Shown here piece by piece: positions 1 through 12,800 of a DNA stretch of 64,000 nucleotides. Made by a program: the position numbers and the translations under genes. The notes under the pieces are model-generated. The model was not told where the DNA came from, ran no database searches, and saw nothing but the letters and a program-made list of their open reading frames with translations. The stretch is from Lama glama. Lineage: Eukaryota. The stretch covers positions 60,328,001-60,392,000 of the forward strand of contig CM052816.1 in assembly GCA_028534125.1 (NCBI GenBank), written 5' to 3'. Position 1 is the first letter of the stretch. Each line of letters starts with the position of its first letter.

Positions 1-2497
1 GATCACAAAAATCAAATCTGCTACTAGATATCCAGGTTTTACTGGTAGAGGTCGACTTTGCTTTTAATAAATGGTTGTATGCACACTGTGTGCCTGCTTT
101 CCTCCAGGTAGCCCCAGGACCATTGTATTATCTTGGATCTACTATTCAACTTTCAAAGGGATTTCTAAATTACCATGATGTCACTCCCAAATGACTAGGT
201 TACCTGGAGCAAAGACAGCTCACATTAAAATAGTTTGCGCATGCTTACTCACACTTAGAGATGGGTGTGTGTGTGGTGGGGGTGAGGTGGAGGGCTCAGA
301 GCCTCCAGTCCTAATCCCCCAAGAACACAGCCTATTCCCATTTCCACCCATACAAAGAGGACGCTCCCAAATTATTCAGAACAAAGCCCTATTCCAGGCC
401 TTCTCCTCTGTGGGCCATCTTCACACAGGGGTTCACATGATTTCCTTGCAACCTCCACATCTGTCAGTTTTTAGCCCTCAAGGCAGATGGTCTCTATTGC
501 GAGGCTGATGATTCCCCTGTTTTAAAGACATTGCTTAGGTTTCTGATAACAGGACATATGTGTGAAAAGAAGCCAACAAAGCCATAAAGGCACCTAATGT
601 TCTGCCCCTTCCCTGGGAACTTACTGACACACATACACCCCTTCCAGTGTCGACCAGTTCTAGCCATGAATAGCCCATGCCCCACCAGGGACCATATGCT
701 CCAAATTCAAATGCTTTGTTTTTAATGAACTTCTTTCCAAATCTACTTTTTGCACTCACACATTTCTCCGAGTCCTTTCCTCCTCCTTCTTCCCTCACAA
801 AAGACCTACATATCCCCGGGATAAAACAGCCTGTAACCTCCTGTTGTAAACGTCCCACCAGAGGCTAAAAGCAACATTTCCAAGATGTGCATATTCCCGC
901 TCCTATTCCTGGTGTGTGGTCAGTTTAAAGAGGGGAGCGATGCCCACAGGGGTCCCGCTGACAGCTGCTCCAGCATGGGGCAGCCTGGCCCTGCACACAA
1001 GTCACTCAGAGAGCTGCTGTTAGCGTCCTGCCTGGGGTCTCAGATTCCTCCTCCTCCCCAGGAGTCTCCCTGATGAGGCTGGGGGAGGGGGTGCAGGAGT
1101 GAGGGCCTCCTGGTCCAGCACCGACGTCAGAACTAACTAGAGATGAGACGACAGGATGGAAGGGCGAGCCCCGCAGTGATGGGCAGGACTGTCCCGCCTG
1201 CGGGACATACAGTCCACAGCCTGAAGAAAGGAGGAGGATGAAAGAAAGCAGTCATGAAACAGGCCTGGGCAAAGCAAGGAGTGGGAGGGAATGGGCGCAG
1301 ACTTGGGGAGGGGTAGCGCCTGCAGGTCAGGCGTGGAGAGGATGAGAGCGGATGCTGGGTTTCAGCCACTTGTGGAATAGCTGGGGGACAGGAGGGCAGG
1401 GGACCCTCCACTCAGGCTCCTACAGAGTCAGAGAGGGCAGGTGGGGGCTGGAGACACTTCAAGCAGCTCCAACTGTAAACACATCAGAAAGGAGATACGG
1501 GGCTGGGGAAGAACTTGAGCTTCCAGAGGGGAGGGAAGAGGAAGCTGTCATTGCCTATTTGAGTGATGAAGCAGACAATAAAGTGAGCAACAGTGAGTAA
1601 GGGGATATGATTCAGGGGAGAAGGCTGACAGGGCAGCTGTGAGTATGCAGAGGCTGGGCCACAAGGATGTGTCGCCGCTCTGCTTAGCTACCCACAGAGG
1701 GAGAGTGGCTCCCACCCATGGTCTCCCATTCCTCCCCTCACTCCTGTTCTCTGGCGAGTCGCCCCACCCCCACCCCATCACTTGCTGAAGTCACCCAGGA
1801 CTTCCCAGTCATCAGTCATAGCAGCATTGACTGCTATCTCGGGGTGTCTGTGAGAACAGCCTGATGGCTTCCTTCCTTCTTACAGGACTCTCTTCCACAT
1901 CTCCTTTCTGGCGCCTATCTGCATCTCTGCCCACTCCTTAAATGGGGCATCTTCAGTTCTCAGGCAGAGTAATCTGACATTTTCTCATGGTCCTAATGAG
2001 GACTCCCAAGCCTATTATTTCTGGTCTAGCCTCCCCAAATGCCCTGGACCTGCAATCCAACTGCCTAGGAGCTCTCTCCTTCCTACCTCAGAGCCTTGGC
2101 CATTCTCAGAGGCCTATGCCCAAACTCTTTCCACGGACAGCTCTTTCTGACCCTTTAGGTTGCCCCTTAAATATGATCTCCTCAAAAGACATCCCCTGAT
2201 CACATTATCTAAAGTAGCCTCTGCCCTGTCACTCTCTCTCCTCAGCTCTTGCTTAGAGCCTTCGGAAGGCAGGGACCACAATCTGGAACTTGACTGAATT
2301 AAATGTTTGTGGACTGGTGAGGCCGAGCACCCTGTCTGGTTGACCACCATATCCCTGGCCCAGCACAGGACTGGTGCTGCAGATACTGGCTGAATGAAGG
2401 AATGACTGCTCCTTGATACTCAGCATACAACAAATGCTCAAGAAATGTGCATGAATTGAGCCTCTGGGGATAAAGGGAGCGACCAGAAGTACAAGTT

Positions 2498-2630
2498 TTG
2501 TTTTGTTTTAATTTGGGGGGTGGTAATTAGATATTTACTTATTTATTTAATGGAGGTTCCAGGGATTGAAACCAGGACCTCATGCATGCTAAGCATGCAC
2601 TCTACCACTGAGCCATACCCTCCCAGCTCC
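2498..2630 (-). mobile_element. tRNA-derived SINE (camelid Vic-1-like) with 12-bp TSD
   Basis: Minus strand GGGAGGGTATGGCTCAGTGGTAGAG (A box) ... GGTTTCAATCC (B box) with an A-rich tail. TSD GAAGTACAAGTT at 2486-2497 and 2631-2642. Confidence 0.88.
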
Positions 2631-3049
2631 GAAGTACAAGTTCTTGTGTCTTCCCCTCCCCAACTCTTATATGTACAAGTGGTTCCTCCATTTCCCTGGT
2701 CCCTCAAGTCAAAAACCCCAGTGCCATTGTAGTATCTTTCTTTGTCCCTCAGAGCCAACGGTTCATCAACAACTTCTACAGATTTAATACCCTTAATATC
2801 TCTTAAGGCGTAATTTCACCACATTCTTTGCTCAGGCCTGCAAAACCCTTAAGAGAGGCTACCTCAGTAACTTGTTCATTGGTTTCTAGGTCTCTCCTCT
2901 CAGACCTACACTCCCCAGCACTGCTAAACACACCTCTCTCCCAATAGATAAAGGCCAAGGCCCCTGAAACACCAAGCATCCAGACTCTCCTCCTCAGCCA
3001 TCACCCACTACTCACCCCTCTGTTGTAGCGAGAACAACCATATTAAGAG

Positions 3050-3285
3050 TTAGGGTGTATTGAGAATTTTCATATGTGAGTCACTGCATCAAGCATTTTA
3101 CACATATGAACATATTTTAATCTTTACAACAATCCTATGAGGTAAGTAATTAACTTGTCCCTATTTTACAGACAGAGCAATTGAAGTCCAAAGAAGCAAA
3201 CTCACCCAGTACACAGTAGCATGGAGTTAAGATTTGAACCCAGGTGAACTGGCTCAGATCAATCCTCTTAACCACCATGCTATAT
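3050..3285 (-). mobile_element. MIR SINE
   Basis: TTAATCTTTACAACAATCCTATGAGGTAAG...CCCTATTTTACAGA...GATTTGAACCCAGG...CTCTTAACCAC. Confidence 0.75.
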
Positions 3286-6200
3286 GGTACAGCCTCTCTA
3301 AACTTCATGCTTCAGCAGTGCTGAGCTATGCTTCTGGCTCTTTATGCTCCAGCAATACTGAGCTATGCATAATCCTTTAAAGTCTGTGTTGCCAGGGCCG
3401 CCATGGTTTCATACACTGTTTCTTTTGCTCCTTGGGAAGGCCTTGTCTTTTACCACCAACCTAACCTTCAAAACCTCTTTGAGGTGTTACCTTTTCCATG
3501 TGGTGTGTATCCTGGCCCCATGAGACCAAAGTCTCTCTTATCCATTGACCACTCCTGCAGATTATATGTACTTGTAAATACTTCTTGATTGCCCTGATTT
3601 GCAGTGATTCATTTGTGTGTCTCCATTGAAGGCAAGCCTTTGGCTCTCAGCTTTGGGTCACAGCCCAGGCGCATAATAGATCTCAATAAACGTGTATTTA
3701 ACTGGGGCTTTCTGTAAAAGGGGTGAGTAAAGGTTAGCCAACACCTGACATGTCAGGGCAGGAGATGAACATATTCCATAGTTTCTGGAGACTATATTCA
3801 TGCTCAAAACAAAAGAAAAACTCACCAAACACTACAGATGTTTCTGAAGGGAAGATGCAATGTGCATAAAAATTCAGTGCATTCTGATGACGAGAGCAGT
3901 TAGTTTAAGATCCCTGAGTGTACCTGCTGCTCATAGCAACTGCTGAGTAATGTGAATTCGGCAAAAAAATTAAGCAAAACCAAAACCAAACAAAAACAAA
4001 AACAATAACAAAAAAGCCTTTTATCCTAAGGGATCTCAGAAAAATATATCTGGAACTTCACTCAGAGTGATGAACTGAGTCCCAAACTTACTCAATAGCC
4101 TGGTTAGGATTTTATTCATTTAGGTGTCACACATGTTTGGAGACACACTTAAGGCCAATGAGAACACGACAGATCTCTGACCATCAAGGTTAAAAGTCAA
4201 GCATCGTCTAGAGTCTCTAGACTGAACTTCAGTAAACTAAAGGTGCACCTCAAAATTAAGCAGCAACATTTATAACTCAATGGTAGCCCTTTCTTTACAG
4301 TGTGACACAGAGGAGATAGGAATGAAAGAGAAGCTTGATCCCTTCTCCACATTTTTAATCCAATGAGAAAAGAAAAGATGTTACAAACCAAGAGTAACAC
4401 GCAGCAGGGAAACGAATTCCCCCCCATTCTACGTTGTGGCGGGCTGAATGGCGTGTCCACGCATCTACGGAATTCAGTCTCTAAAGCATCCAGTTTTTGC
4501 TTCGGTTTAAAACAACATATTTTGGTTGAAATACCCTGTTCATTCAGCCTAGATTTCTATGCCCCAAAGCAAGCAGGTGAATGGCTGGACTGAGACCACC
4601 TTGAGGAAATGAGGGAGAGGGAGAGATGGGCAAAGCTAGTCATAAAAAAGGAACCATTTCTAGTGGAAACCTGAACTTTACGGCAAAACAGCAGACAAAG
4701 TCAATGTGCACCGAGACAAGCCAGCGTCTGCCACAGCCCAGGCAAAAATGAAAGAACAACATATCTTTGGGATGAAGCACAAGGAAGCCAGGCTTTCGGC
4801 TCGTCAGGACCGTTTAAGAGTCTAGGCCTGAGAGACATTTTGTAGGTGCTTTTCCCTCAGGGAGCTATAGGCCCATATAAGGCTCTGAGTTGGAAAAGAA
4901 ACTTTAGAAGTGTTCCTGTGAACACCAGCAAACCAGAGTTAGGCTGAACAGCAAAGCAGATGTGATGCGGCAAAACCCAAAAGGCCTCCATGATGAGTTT
5001 CTACATGATACAGATTTAAAGAGTCTCAACCCATTCAGCCTCTCTTCCCTTTGTCTAAGTGGTACAATCATCCCATCCCTAGGAGCTGTAAGATGCTCCT
5101 TCGCAGGCTCACAGCTGGATTTCACTCTTTGATTGATGCGAGAGGCCGACAGTAAAGGAAAGACGGTGACAGTGAAGTCCTCTGGATTACAACGTGAATC
5201 AGAACAAGTGATTGGGACAAAATATGCAAAATGAATGATCTGTCGAACAAAGTCAGCAAACGCGCAGAGACGCAGCTAGGCCTGGGCAGAAGAGCGGATC
5301 CCAGGGCTCAGGCATGTCCAGCTGGGGACGCGGGTAAGGCATCCTCATGTGGACACGGGGCACACCTCAATGAGGTCGGTGAAAGAAGCTGGCAACTTGA
5401 GAATGGAGAAGTGCTTTTAAAAGCACAAATTTAGGGAATCTGATCAGCGCCATAAGGAAGAGAGTTCACATGAGACTTGGAGAATAAGAAGGATTTAGAG
5501 CGACTAAGGGAGGTCACGGAAGGGGAAGAGTCACACTGTAAGCATACGCTGCATGTCTTTACGAAAGGACACAGAGTCAGAATTGATCACTGTATAAGAG
5601 AATGCAACAGCCATCTACACTGGACTGGGAGGAGGACAGCTGCCCTTCACCTTCCCAGAGCAGCATAATACAGGGAAAGCCGCTGGGGCCCTGTGAGACC
5701 AACAGTAAGTAGGTGCCTCTAGAGACGATTCTTCAGGATACACGTATTTCCCAACTCTGTGAACCCTGGAAATCCCCAATACAAACAGGCTGTGACAATC
5801 TCTACTCTTACAAGGGAGGGGAAAAAAAATCCACCACCCTCTGTGCATCACTAAACTGAAGATATGAGCCATGACTTGGGGAGTGGAGACAGCCCTCCCA
5901 TACACACTCATTTGGCTGGGAAGAACCCAAGTTACTTTAGAACCTCGGCCTTCTGCCAGTGTGAGCTGTCTGAAATGGCGTGTTTCTGGCTGGACAGATA
6001 CTGCCCTAAGGCCGCAGTCAGACCGGCCTGAAAATTCTTGATGCATTTGACTCCATACGATCACCGAACAGGGAAAGAAAGGGTCCAGATGCTTCCAGGT
6101 TCGGGCAGACAGGTGTGACGCCAGAGCTGACTTATCTCTTTGAGAAGTGGCTCCAGGTGAGAGTGGAGGCTGCATCACAGCTGGGACTACACCATTTAGA

Positions 6201-7623
6201 CATATTTTAGGGCTCCTGGCAAACTGCAGAGGTACGAAGTTACAGACTTACTCCCATGAGGAGAAGGGGCCTGGTTCAGGTATGGCACATATCTCTTCAA
6301 CTGATTATTGTTGGGGCGTTTGGTGCATATGAATGACACAGCTTGTAGCAAAATGACCAACATCAAAAGTGTCGCGTCTCTGAATATTGACAGCAGAATG
6401 AAAAAAGCATAGCCACCTCATTTAAAAGGCACAAGGTTAGAATCTAACATGATTTAGCGGTATTAACGTTATTTAAGTTGTATTAAAAGGTTAAGTACGA
6501 CTTTTAAATCAATGAGCTCTCTCTCTCTCACATGTTTGTTTTCTGTATGTACATATGCATGTATGTAAACAGCATATGTGGAAGTATTCCAGGATGCTTC
6601 TGAAATTTAAGAAATACCAGGAGAGATTTCAAAAAGAAAAACAACCAAGTTTTCCAAAGTATTATGTATCTGCCTTTATGCCTCAAAAAGTTACTGGTAT
6701 AACCAAACCATTTTCCTGTATTCTTTAAACACTAGAGCACAGAGACTATGAATCTCCAAATCTGAAAGCCAGCATTCTGTTTATTTGACTGTACCACTGC
6801 CCTCATGCATATTCACATGTATGCGCAAGGCACGTTTTGAAGGAAAACAAAGAATCTGAATTTGCACAACTCAAAGGGTGTGCCCCTCTAAAACCAAAAT
6901 CATGCCACCTGTCTGTGCTGGACGCAAATGTGGAGAGAGGAGAAATGTCTCCTTTAAAATCATTTTCTCTCACTCAAGTGTCAGCAACTAACTGAATTGC
7001 CTTTCATTTGTAGCATGAGTTCCACCTTGATTTTAAGTCTTTTTTCCCTTCACCTATTCTAACAAATATGTGTTACAAAATGAAAAGGCCAGACCTGTAT
7101 TAGAAATAAATGTCAGCAGGCCAATAAAAAAGAAAAAAAAGAGAGAAAAAAAGGCAAAGTTATGCAGACCTGTCTCTTTAAGTAGACAATATGAAACAGG
7201 CTAACTTGAGCTATATTTGAATCGTACATCTGCATCTTATAAAGGTCAAATACTTAATAGAGAGGAGCATCTGAAAGGCTCTACACAGAGAAGCAGAAGC
7301 TTCAACGCCTGAGTGAATGAAACGGGTGAGTGATCAGATCAAAGAGACAGACCAAGTGTCTCCTCCCCCTTCCCTTCTCTCCCCACCACTCACAACTCAA
7401 GGTCTGATTATCCACATTTCAAAAGGAGAACTCGTAGAAGCACATTCATCAGGATTACCCAGGAAATCCACAGGAGGAGGGACCACCTGAGCTCGGCGGA
7501 GTATAAACTTTTCAAACTGTCACCCAATCAACAAAACCCCAGGGGGTAAGGGGACCCAGGCAGCCAGGGCTGCTTCAGAAGCCAAAGCATTCCTTCTCCA
7601 GGCAAGGGACCCCCGCGTTTTAC

Positions 7624-7715
7624 CTTTGTGTTCGCCGAAGCCTGTTCCCACTTCTCAAATGAGGCAAAGTAAAGTTTGAGAGCACGGTCCAAAAATTGGG
7701 GTCAGACATATCCAT
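7624..7715 (-). CDS. MAST4: MAST4 alternative start-coding exon (MDMSDPNFWTVLSNFTLPHLRSGNRLRRTQ + AG, phase 2)
   Basis: GGAA-ATG-G is a strong Kozak, with an in-frame TGA just upstream. Length is 92 nt (30 codons + 2) with donor CAAAG|GTAAAA. It matches the recalled MAST4 isoform start and resembles the MAST1 N-terminus [28 protein letters not shown]. Confidence 0.92.
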
Positions 7716-7735
7716 TTCCTTCTGGCTTCAATTCA

Positions 7736-7846
7736 CTGCGGGTTCAAGGCCATAAGACCAAAACGGAGAGAGGCCGGGGGGGAAAAAAAGAAAAAAGAAA
7801 AGCGGAAAAAGAAAAAAAGACAAAAAGATCCCAATTATCTACTCAC
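7736..7846 (-). other. MAST4: Predicted 111-nt 5'UTR intron of the MDMSD isoform
   Basis: Donor GGGA|GTGAGT at 7847/7846, a very long T/C tract, and acceptor CCGCAG|TGAATTG at 7736/7735, 20 nt before the ATG. Confidence 0.6.
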
Positions 7847-8029
7847 TCCCTCCAGAGGAAACGTGCTGCCAACTGTGATCTCCAGAACAACTTGGAGCAT
7901 GAGTGAGAAGTGCCCGTCCCAGCCTTTAATTAACACACAGCCATTTCTCCAACGTTCAGGCAACTTATTTCCTCTTGGGTTTGCCCTCTCCTGGTCAGCC
8001 TTGGCCAGCTATGAACAGTAATTACAAGA

Positions 8030-8740
8030 GTTGGGCCGTGCGTTCGGCTCAAAATGCTGTCTGTGTGTGATTCAGTCCAAGGTACTTTGTCATCTGTTTG
8101 GCAGATACCATTCGCAGCTCCTGCGGGGGGGGTTAGGGGTGGGGGGGAGACGACTATTTTAAGCCTCTGGTTCCGGGAGGCTGTTGCTTATCAGCAAAAC
8201 CCTTCAACATCCGAACATGCCCAGTGCTGAGTTTCCTCCGGGTATCTACATACAAGGAAAGGAATTTAAATGGAAACAGCTCCTCTTCTTCTCCCCTCCT
8301 CGAAGAAGGGAAACTTAAAAGCACTTTTAGAAAGCTGGCCGGTTGGCGGACTCCAGCCGGACACCTTTGTGCAGCCTCCCCTGGAAGGGGCCGGGCGGCC
8401 GGGACCGTCCCCGCCGCAGACACTCCCCGGAGGAGCGGGGCCTCATGGGAAAGGGGGCAGGCGGGACTGTGCGTGAGCCCCGGACGAGCAGCGGGGCGCC
8501 CCAGCGTCTCCCGCCTCCGTCTCGCCCCCGGCCCGGGCCCCCCATGGCTAGGCCCCTCCACATTAATAAACACGCCCAGCGCCATCCGGAACCGGGGAGC
8601 GTGCGCTGCGCACACCTGGAGGCTGATCCGTGATTCACCGAAAACTGGATCACCAGGAAAACACTCCGAGGAAGGCAGTAATGACTCTCCGCCCTGACGC
8701 TGTTTGTTGTGTGGGAAAAGCACGCCTAGGGGACGCCGCC
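8030..8740 (-). promoter_or_regulatory. CpG island / internal promoter for the MDMSD isoform
   Basis: Dense CpG and high GC content against a CpG-poor background, with GC-box-like motifs (CCCGCC). It lies directly upstream of the 7715 start on the minus strand. Confidence 0.8.
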
Positions 8741-9071
8741 CTCACCTAAAACCTAAGTAAACTAAATTTATGAGTTTACATCCATTTGATGAATTGCTAC
8801 CGTGCACAGTGGTTAGGCTTCACCAAATCTGGGAACTAGTCACCCACTACCTGTAAAGATAGAGCCTGGCATTTAGTTAACAAGTGCTCAAATCATTTTC
8901 CTGCCAAGTGTGTTGTTAGAGTTTGAAAGGAAGGAGGGGAGGGGAGGCTGAATCAATGTTATTGCTATTCATTTCGAAGAAAGCCATGATATTGAAAGAA
9001 CTCCCCAAACCCACCGATGCTTTGTAAAAGTATATAAAGAAAACATTAGAATTTAAATTAGCTGCCTTGAA

Positions 9072-9149
9072 TCTGGTGTAATGTGGCAAGAGATACTAAC
9101 TTTTTAAAAATCTGGTGTAATGTGGCAAGAGATACTAACTTTTTAAAAA
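9072..9149. repeat. Perfect 39-bp tandem duplication
   Basis: TCTGGTGTAATGTGGCAAGAGATACTAACTTTTTAAAAA at 9072-9110 and 9111-9149. Confidence 0.95.
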
Positions 9150-9615
9150 TGTTTAAGAAGATAACTTGTAAAAAATGATTTAGTTCATCCAATAAATACT
9201 GGAAACAAACTTGCGTGCAGAAATATAAGGGTGAAGGAAAAGGTGGTTGGGGGTCAGCTGACAGGCGAGATAAACAAAGAACAGGAGTCTGCTTCGGGAT
9301 GCTTTTCGTCTAATTCTGGTGACCCACAGAAATATTTTCACCCAAGGACTCAAAGAATTCTGATAATTCTTGTACAGGGCTTTCTTATCCATTATGTCCT
9401 CAAACTCTCAGAGCCTTCGCAGATCCTTGAAATCTACACAGGTAGACAAAGAAGACAGTATGTTCTCAATTTTACATGACAAAATGCAGTTAACCAGATA
9501 CTTAGGGGCTTGGTCCAGTACCTTTTGCCCCATTCTAAGCCATTTCTTCTTTTAAAAAATGTTTTAAAGTATTTTTTAAAGGCTGACACAAAGACAGTGC
9601 CCATATGCCAGAGCA

Positions 9616-9815
9616 CAGTTTCCCAACCTGAGCACTGTTGACATTTTAGGCTGGATAATTTTCTGTATGGGGGGGGCTGTCTTGGGCACTGGAGGATGTT
9701 TAGCAGCCTCCCTGACCGCTACTCACTAGATGCCAGTTGTGACAACTGATTATGTCTGCAGACGTTGCCAAATGTTCCTTGTGGGGGCAGAGTCTCTCCT
9801 GGCTGAGAGCCTCTG
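9616..9815 (-). mobile_element. MER20-like hAT DNA transposon
   Basis: Diagnostic segments GTTGACATTTTAGGCTGGATAATT, GGATGTTTAGCAGC, CACTAGATGCCAG and GCCAAATGT. Confidence 0.8.
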
Positions 9816-12800
9816 CTCTAGATACTTTCTCTGAGAAAGGTGGTACAGAGCACTGGGCAAGAGCTGAAATCATGGGTTTGAATTCTTAATAGTGACTGTA
9901 GGCAAATCACTTAATGTCTGCCCATTTTCTCTACTTTTATGGGATCCATGATAGGATCAACTTCTAAGAGGCTGACACACATGAACCCCTTGGTGCAGTG
10001 TCTAGAACACAATGCACATAGATGTTGGCAACGTGAAGAAGCAGAAAGAGACCGCATGGAGAGATGTAGGACTGGAGCCGAGGGCTCCCACATCATACTC
10101 TCCATTTTCATGGTGCCCTGAACATGCCTCTGCCGGAGTGCTGGTCACACTGTATTACTAACAACTGTTTACTGCTGTCTTCCCTGTTAGTCCGTGAGTT
10201 TCTTCAAACCTGAAGTCATGTTCTATCGATCTCGTATTTATACCATCTGACAGTTCCTGATTTATACAAATATGTAATACATTCTTTTTAAATGGAGATA
10301 CTTCAGATGCTCAGGCATCTATTCTTTCTCTTAAGATGCCCTGAAATTTCTCAGTTTTAGCAGGTCAATTGATTTTCTCAGAGAATCCTCAATTTTTAAG
10401 AACCCCATGAGGCTATTTTTAAATTCTGAAGACTTTCTCTTATTGACTCATTTTTATCTATATTCTGTAACTGGAAACAGAAGCGCTATGCTAACACTCT
10501 TCAGATCTTAAGATGGCTCTAAGAAATGTCACAACCAAATCCAAGGGAAGCTCTCTTTGAATCCTGCCCTCCCACCTCATCCCCAATGATAAGCCCAGGG
10601 AATAATTTTTGTGCTCACTATTAGATATCCAAGTTCAAGAGGGATAATTACATATCAGAGGCTGCCCAGGGAAGAAGAATGAAGATGGTGAAAAGAAACG
10701 TGAAAGTGTGCTATATAAACTATGGGATGAAGGAGTACCATGTTCAAAGTGGAAAAGAGAAGATTTAGGAAACATGTGACAACTGTCCTTGATTATTGAA
10801 ATAACTGCTATGTAGAAGAATCTTCAGATGTAAAGATGAAAAAGGCTGAAACAACAAGGAAGGACTTTCTATGTGGTGTTTGAGTAGAGGTAAGCTGCAG
10901 GAGATATAGTGAGACTTAAGTTCTGGATGATTTAACTCTGGTGCAACTCTGCACCTCCCAACTCTCATATCCTCCATGGTCTGTCCACAAAAGTCTATGT
11001 ATTTGGGCAACACCTAAAAATGATAGCAACTAAAATGGATAAATCAATGAAATAAAACACTTATTTCTTTCCTTGCTTGAATGATACATATCCTGGTCTG
11101 TGGGCAGCAGATGCCATGACTGTCTCCATTCTACATTTTGGGGAAACTACCATGCAGAGTCTCATGCGTAAAGGCATCAGTGTTTTCAACTATGAATATT
11201 TCACTTAAATACAAATACTTTGCACTTGAAAGGCTTCAGAGAATCTGGGTTGTATCCAAAACGAAAAAATAAAAATTGGTAAGGTGTGTGAAGAGCCAGA
11301 AGTGAACTTGTTAATACAGTGAAAGTGGCTGACTGATTCCTACACTCATTGAAGTAAAGAGGAGGTGTGACACTGAAGTGTAACTTGTCTTTTAACCTGT
11401 TCAACTTGATTTGGGAAACTATGATTCAGAAGGCAGTGAAGTCAGTAAATACAAGAACTAAACTTGTCAGAACTACTGACATTTTCCTACAGACAAAATC
11501 ATTATATGCGCAGAAACCAAAGCCCATTTTAGTTGCAAATGCAGTAAAATTCTGGCTACAAAGCTAAGAAGGAACTAAGATTATTGGAAAGTCTTAAGAC
11601 TACAGGTGGTCTAGGTCAATATACAAATATTCAGTAAGATTTTCTGCTTATTGCACAGCAATTCAGTCAACCCAGCAGTGGACAAGCTTTGTGATCTAGA
11701 ATTCTCATTCATTTAATCAGGTTGATATTATCAATCACCATTTTTATGAGAAAGGTAAAATGAGATTGAAAACTTAGCTTGTCATGCTACTGAAATGCTA
11801 TCTTAAGACAAAATGAGTATTTACCAAAGGGTCAAATTCCCCACTATTCACCCCTCTCCTACATTACAAAAAATTCCAGGTCCCTTTCATTGAGTTGAAT
11901 TCTTCTGCCTATATCCCACTTCCTGCTCCATGCTCATTCACTAGGGTTTCCTTCACCCTACACAGAACAGCATAAGTATAATATCCCTGGAGTCTTGCCT
12001 TGAACTTAGACACTGTGGGAAGTTACTGTTTCTAGGAGGTGTGAGGCCTAGGAAGCTGTCAGCTCCCTGTACTGACACTCCTGCTATGAGGCCATTCCAA
12101 TGAGAAGACACTAAGGAAAGTGGCTTTAGTACTGAGTTTCCAAATGTATTTTGATCCTGGCTTGGTCTGGGGATTCTGCTGTAAATTAACTTTGATCTCT
12201 GTCCACCCTTGTCATCAGAGCACCCAGAAGTGACTATGTCCCCAAAGCTGTCCACGCCTACAAGTTGCACCTTGGTCATCTGCTAAATGCTGTCTTCAGA
12301 GTTTGAGTCTAGGAGTATGAGTAGCAAATTGCCCATCCTGAATGAGCAATGCTTTTAATCACTGTACATCTTAAGGCATAAAGCTTAAAAACTGGGCTAG
12401 AAATGTGAAGGAAGTTTCATCATTGAGATCGAGTTGTAAGAAAGCTCTTTTAGAATTACTCAACAAATGTTTTGCTTACATTGCTAAAGTATGAAGGAAG
12501 ATAAAAGAAATCAATGAAAATTAACTTGGAGGGATGGATCTGCATACTGAAAACCAAGAGACAGTCAATAAGTAGGGTTATATCATGCTGGGAATATTAA
12601 AAAAACATTTTTTAAACACTATCACAATGTAAGAGAGATTCAAATTTCTAAAGGGAATAAATAATACAAAGGAAACAAAATAAAACTGATTTCTCTTTCC
12701 TGATAGGTTAAATAGAGGCCCACATCATCCCCAAGGGCAGGTGAAAGATAGGATCCAAGAGGGGAGAGGACAGACTAAAGAGGGACCAGAATGGGAAGAA

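Noticed and set aside
2520..2758. Possible tRNA gene or ORFs at the SINE
   Set aside because: A/B boxes are present, but they are followed by a SINE body and tail and flanked by a TSD; not a full tRNA cloverleaf.
8154..8723. Overlapping 96-189 aa ORFs on both strands in the CpG island
   Set aside because: Stop-poor GC-rich sequence giving low-complexity R/G/P/A peptides with no recognisable domain; expected by chance in a CpG island.
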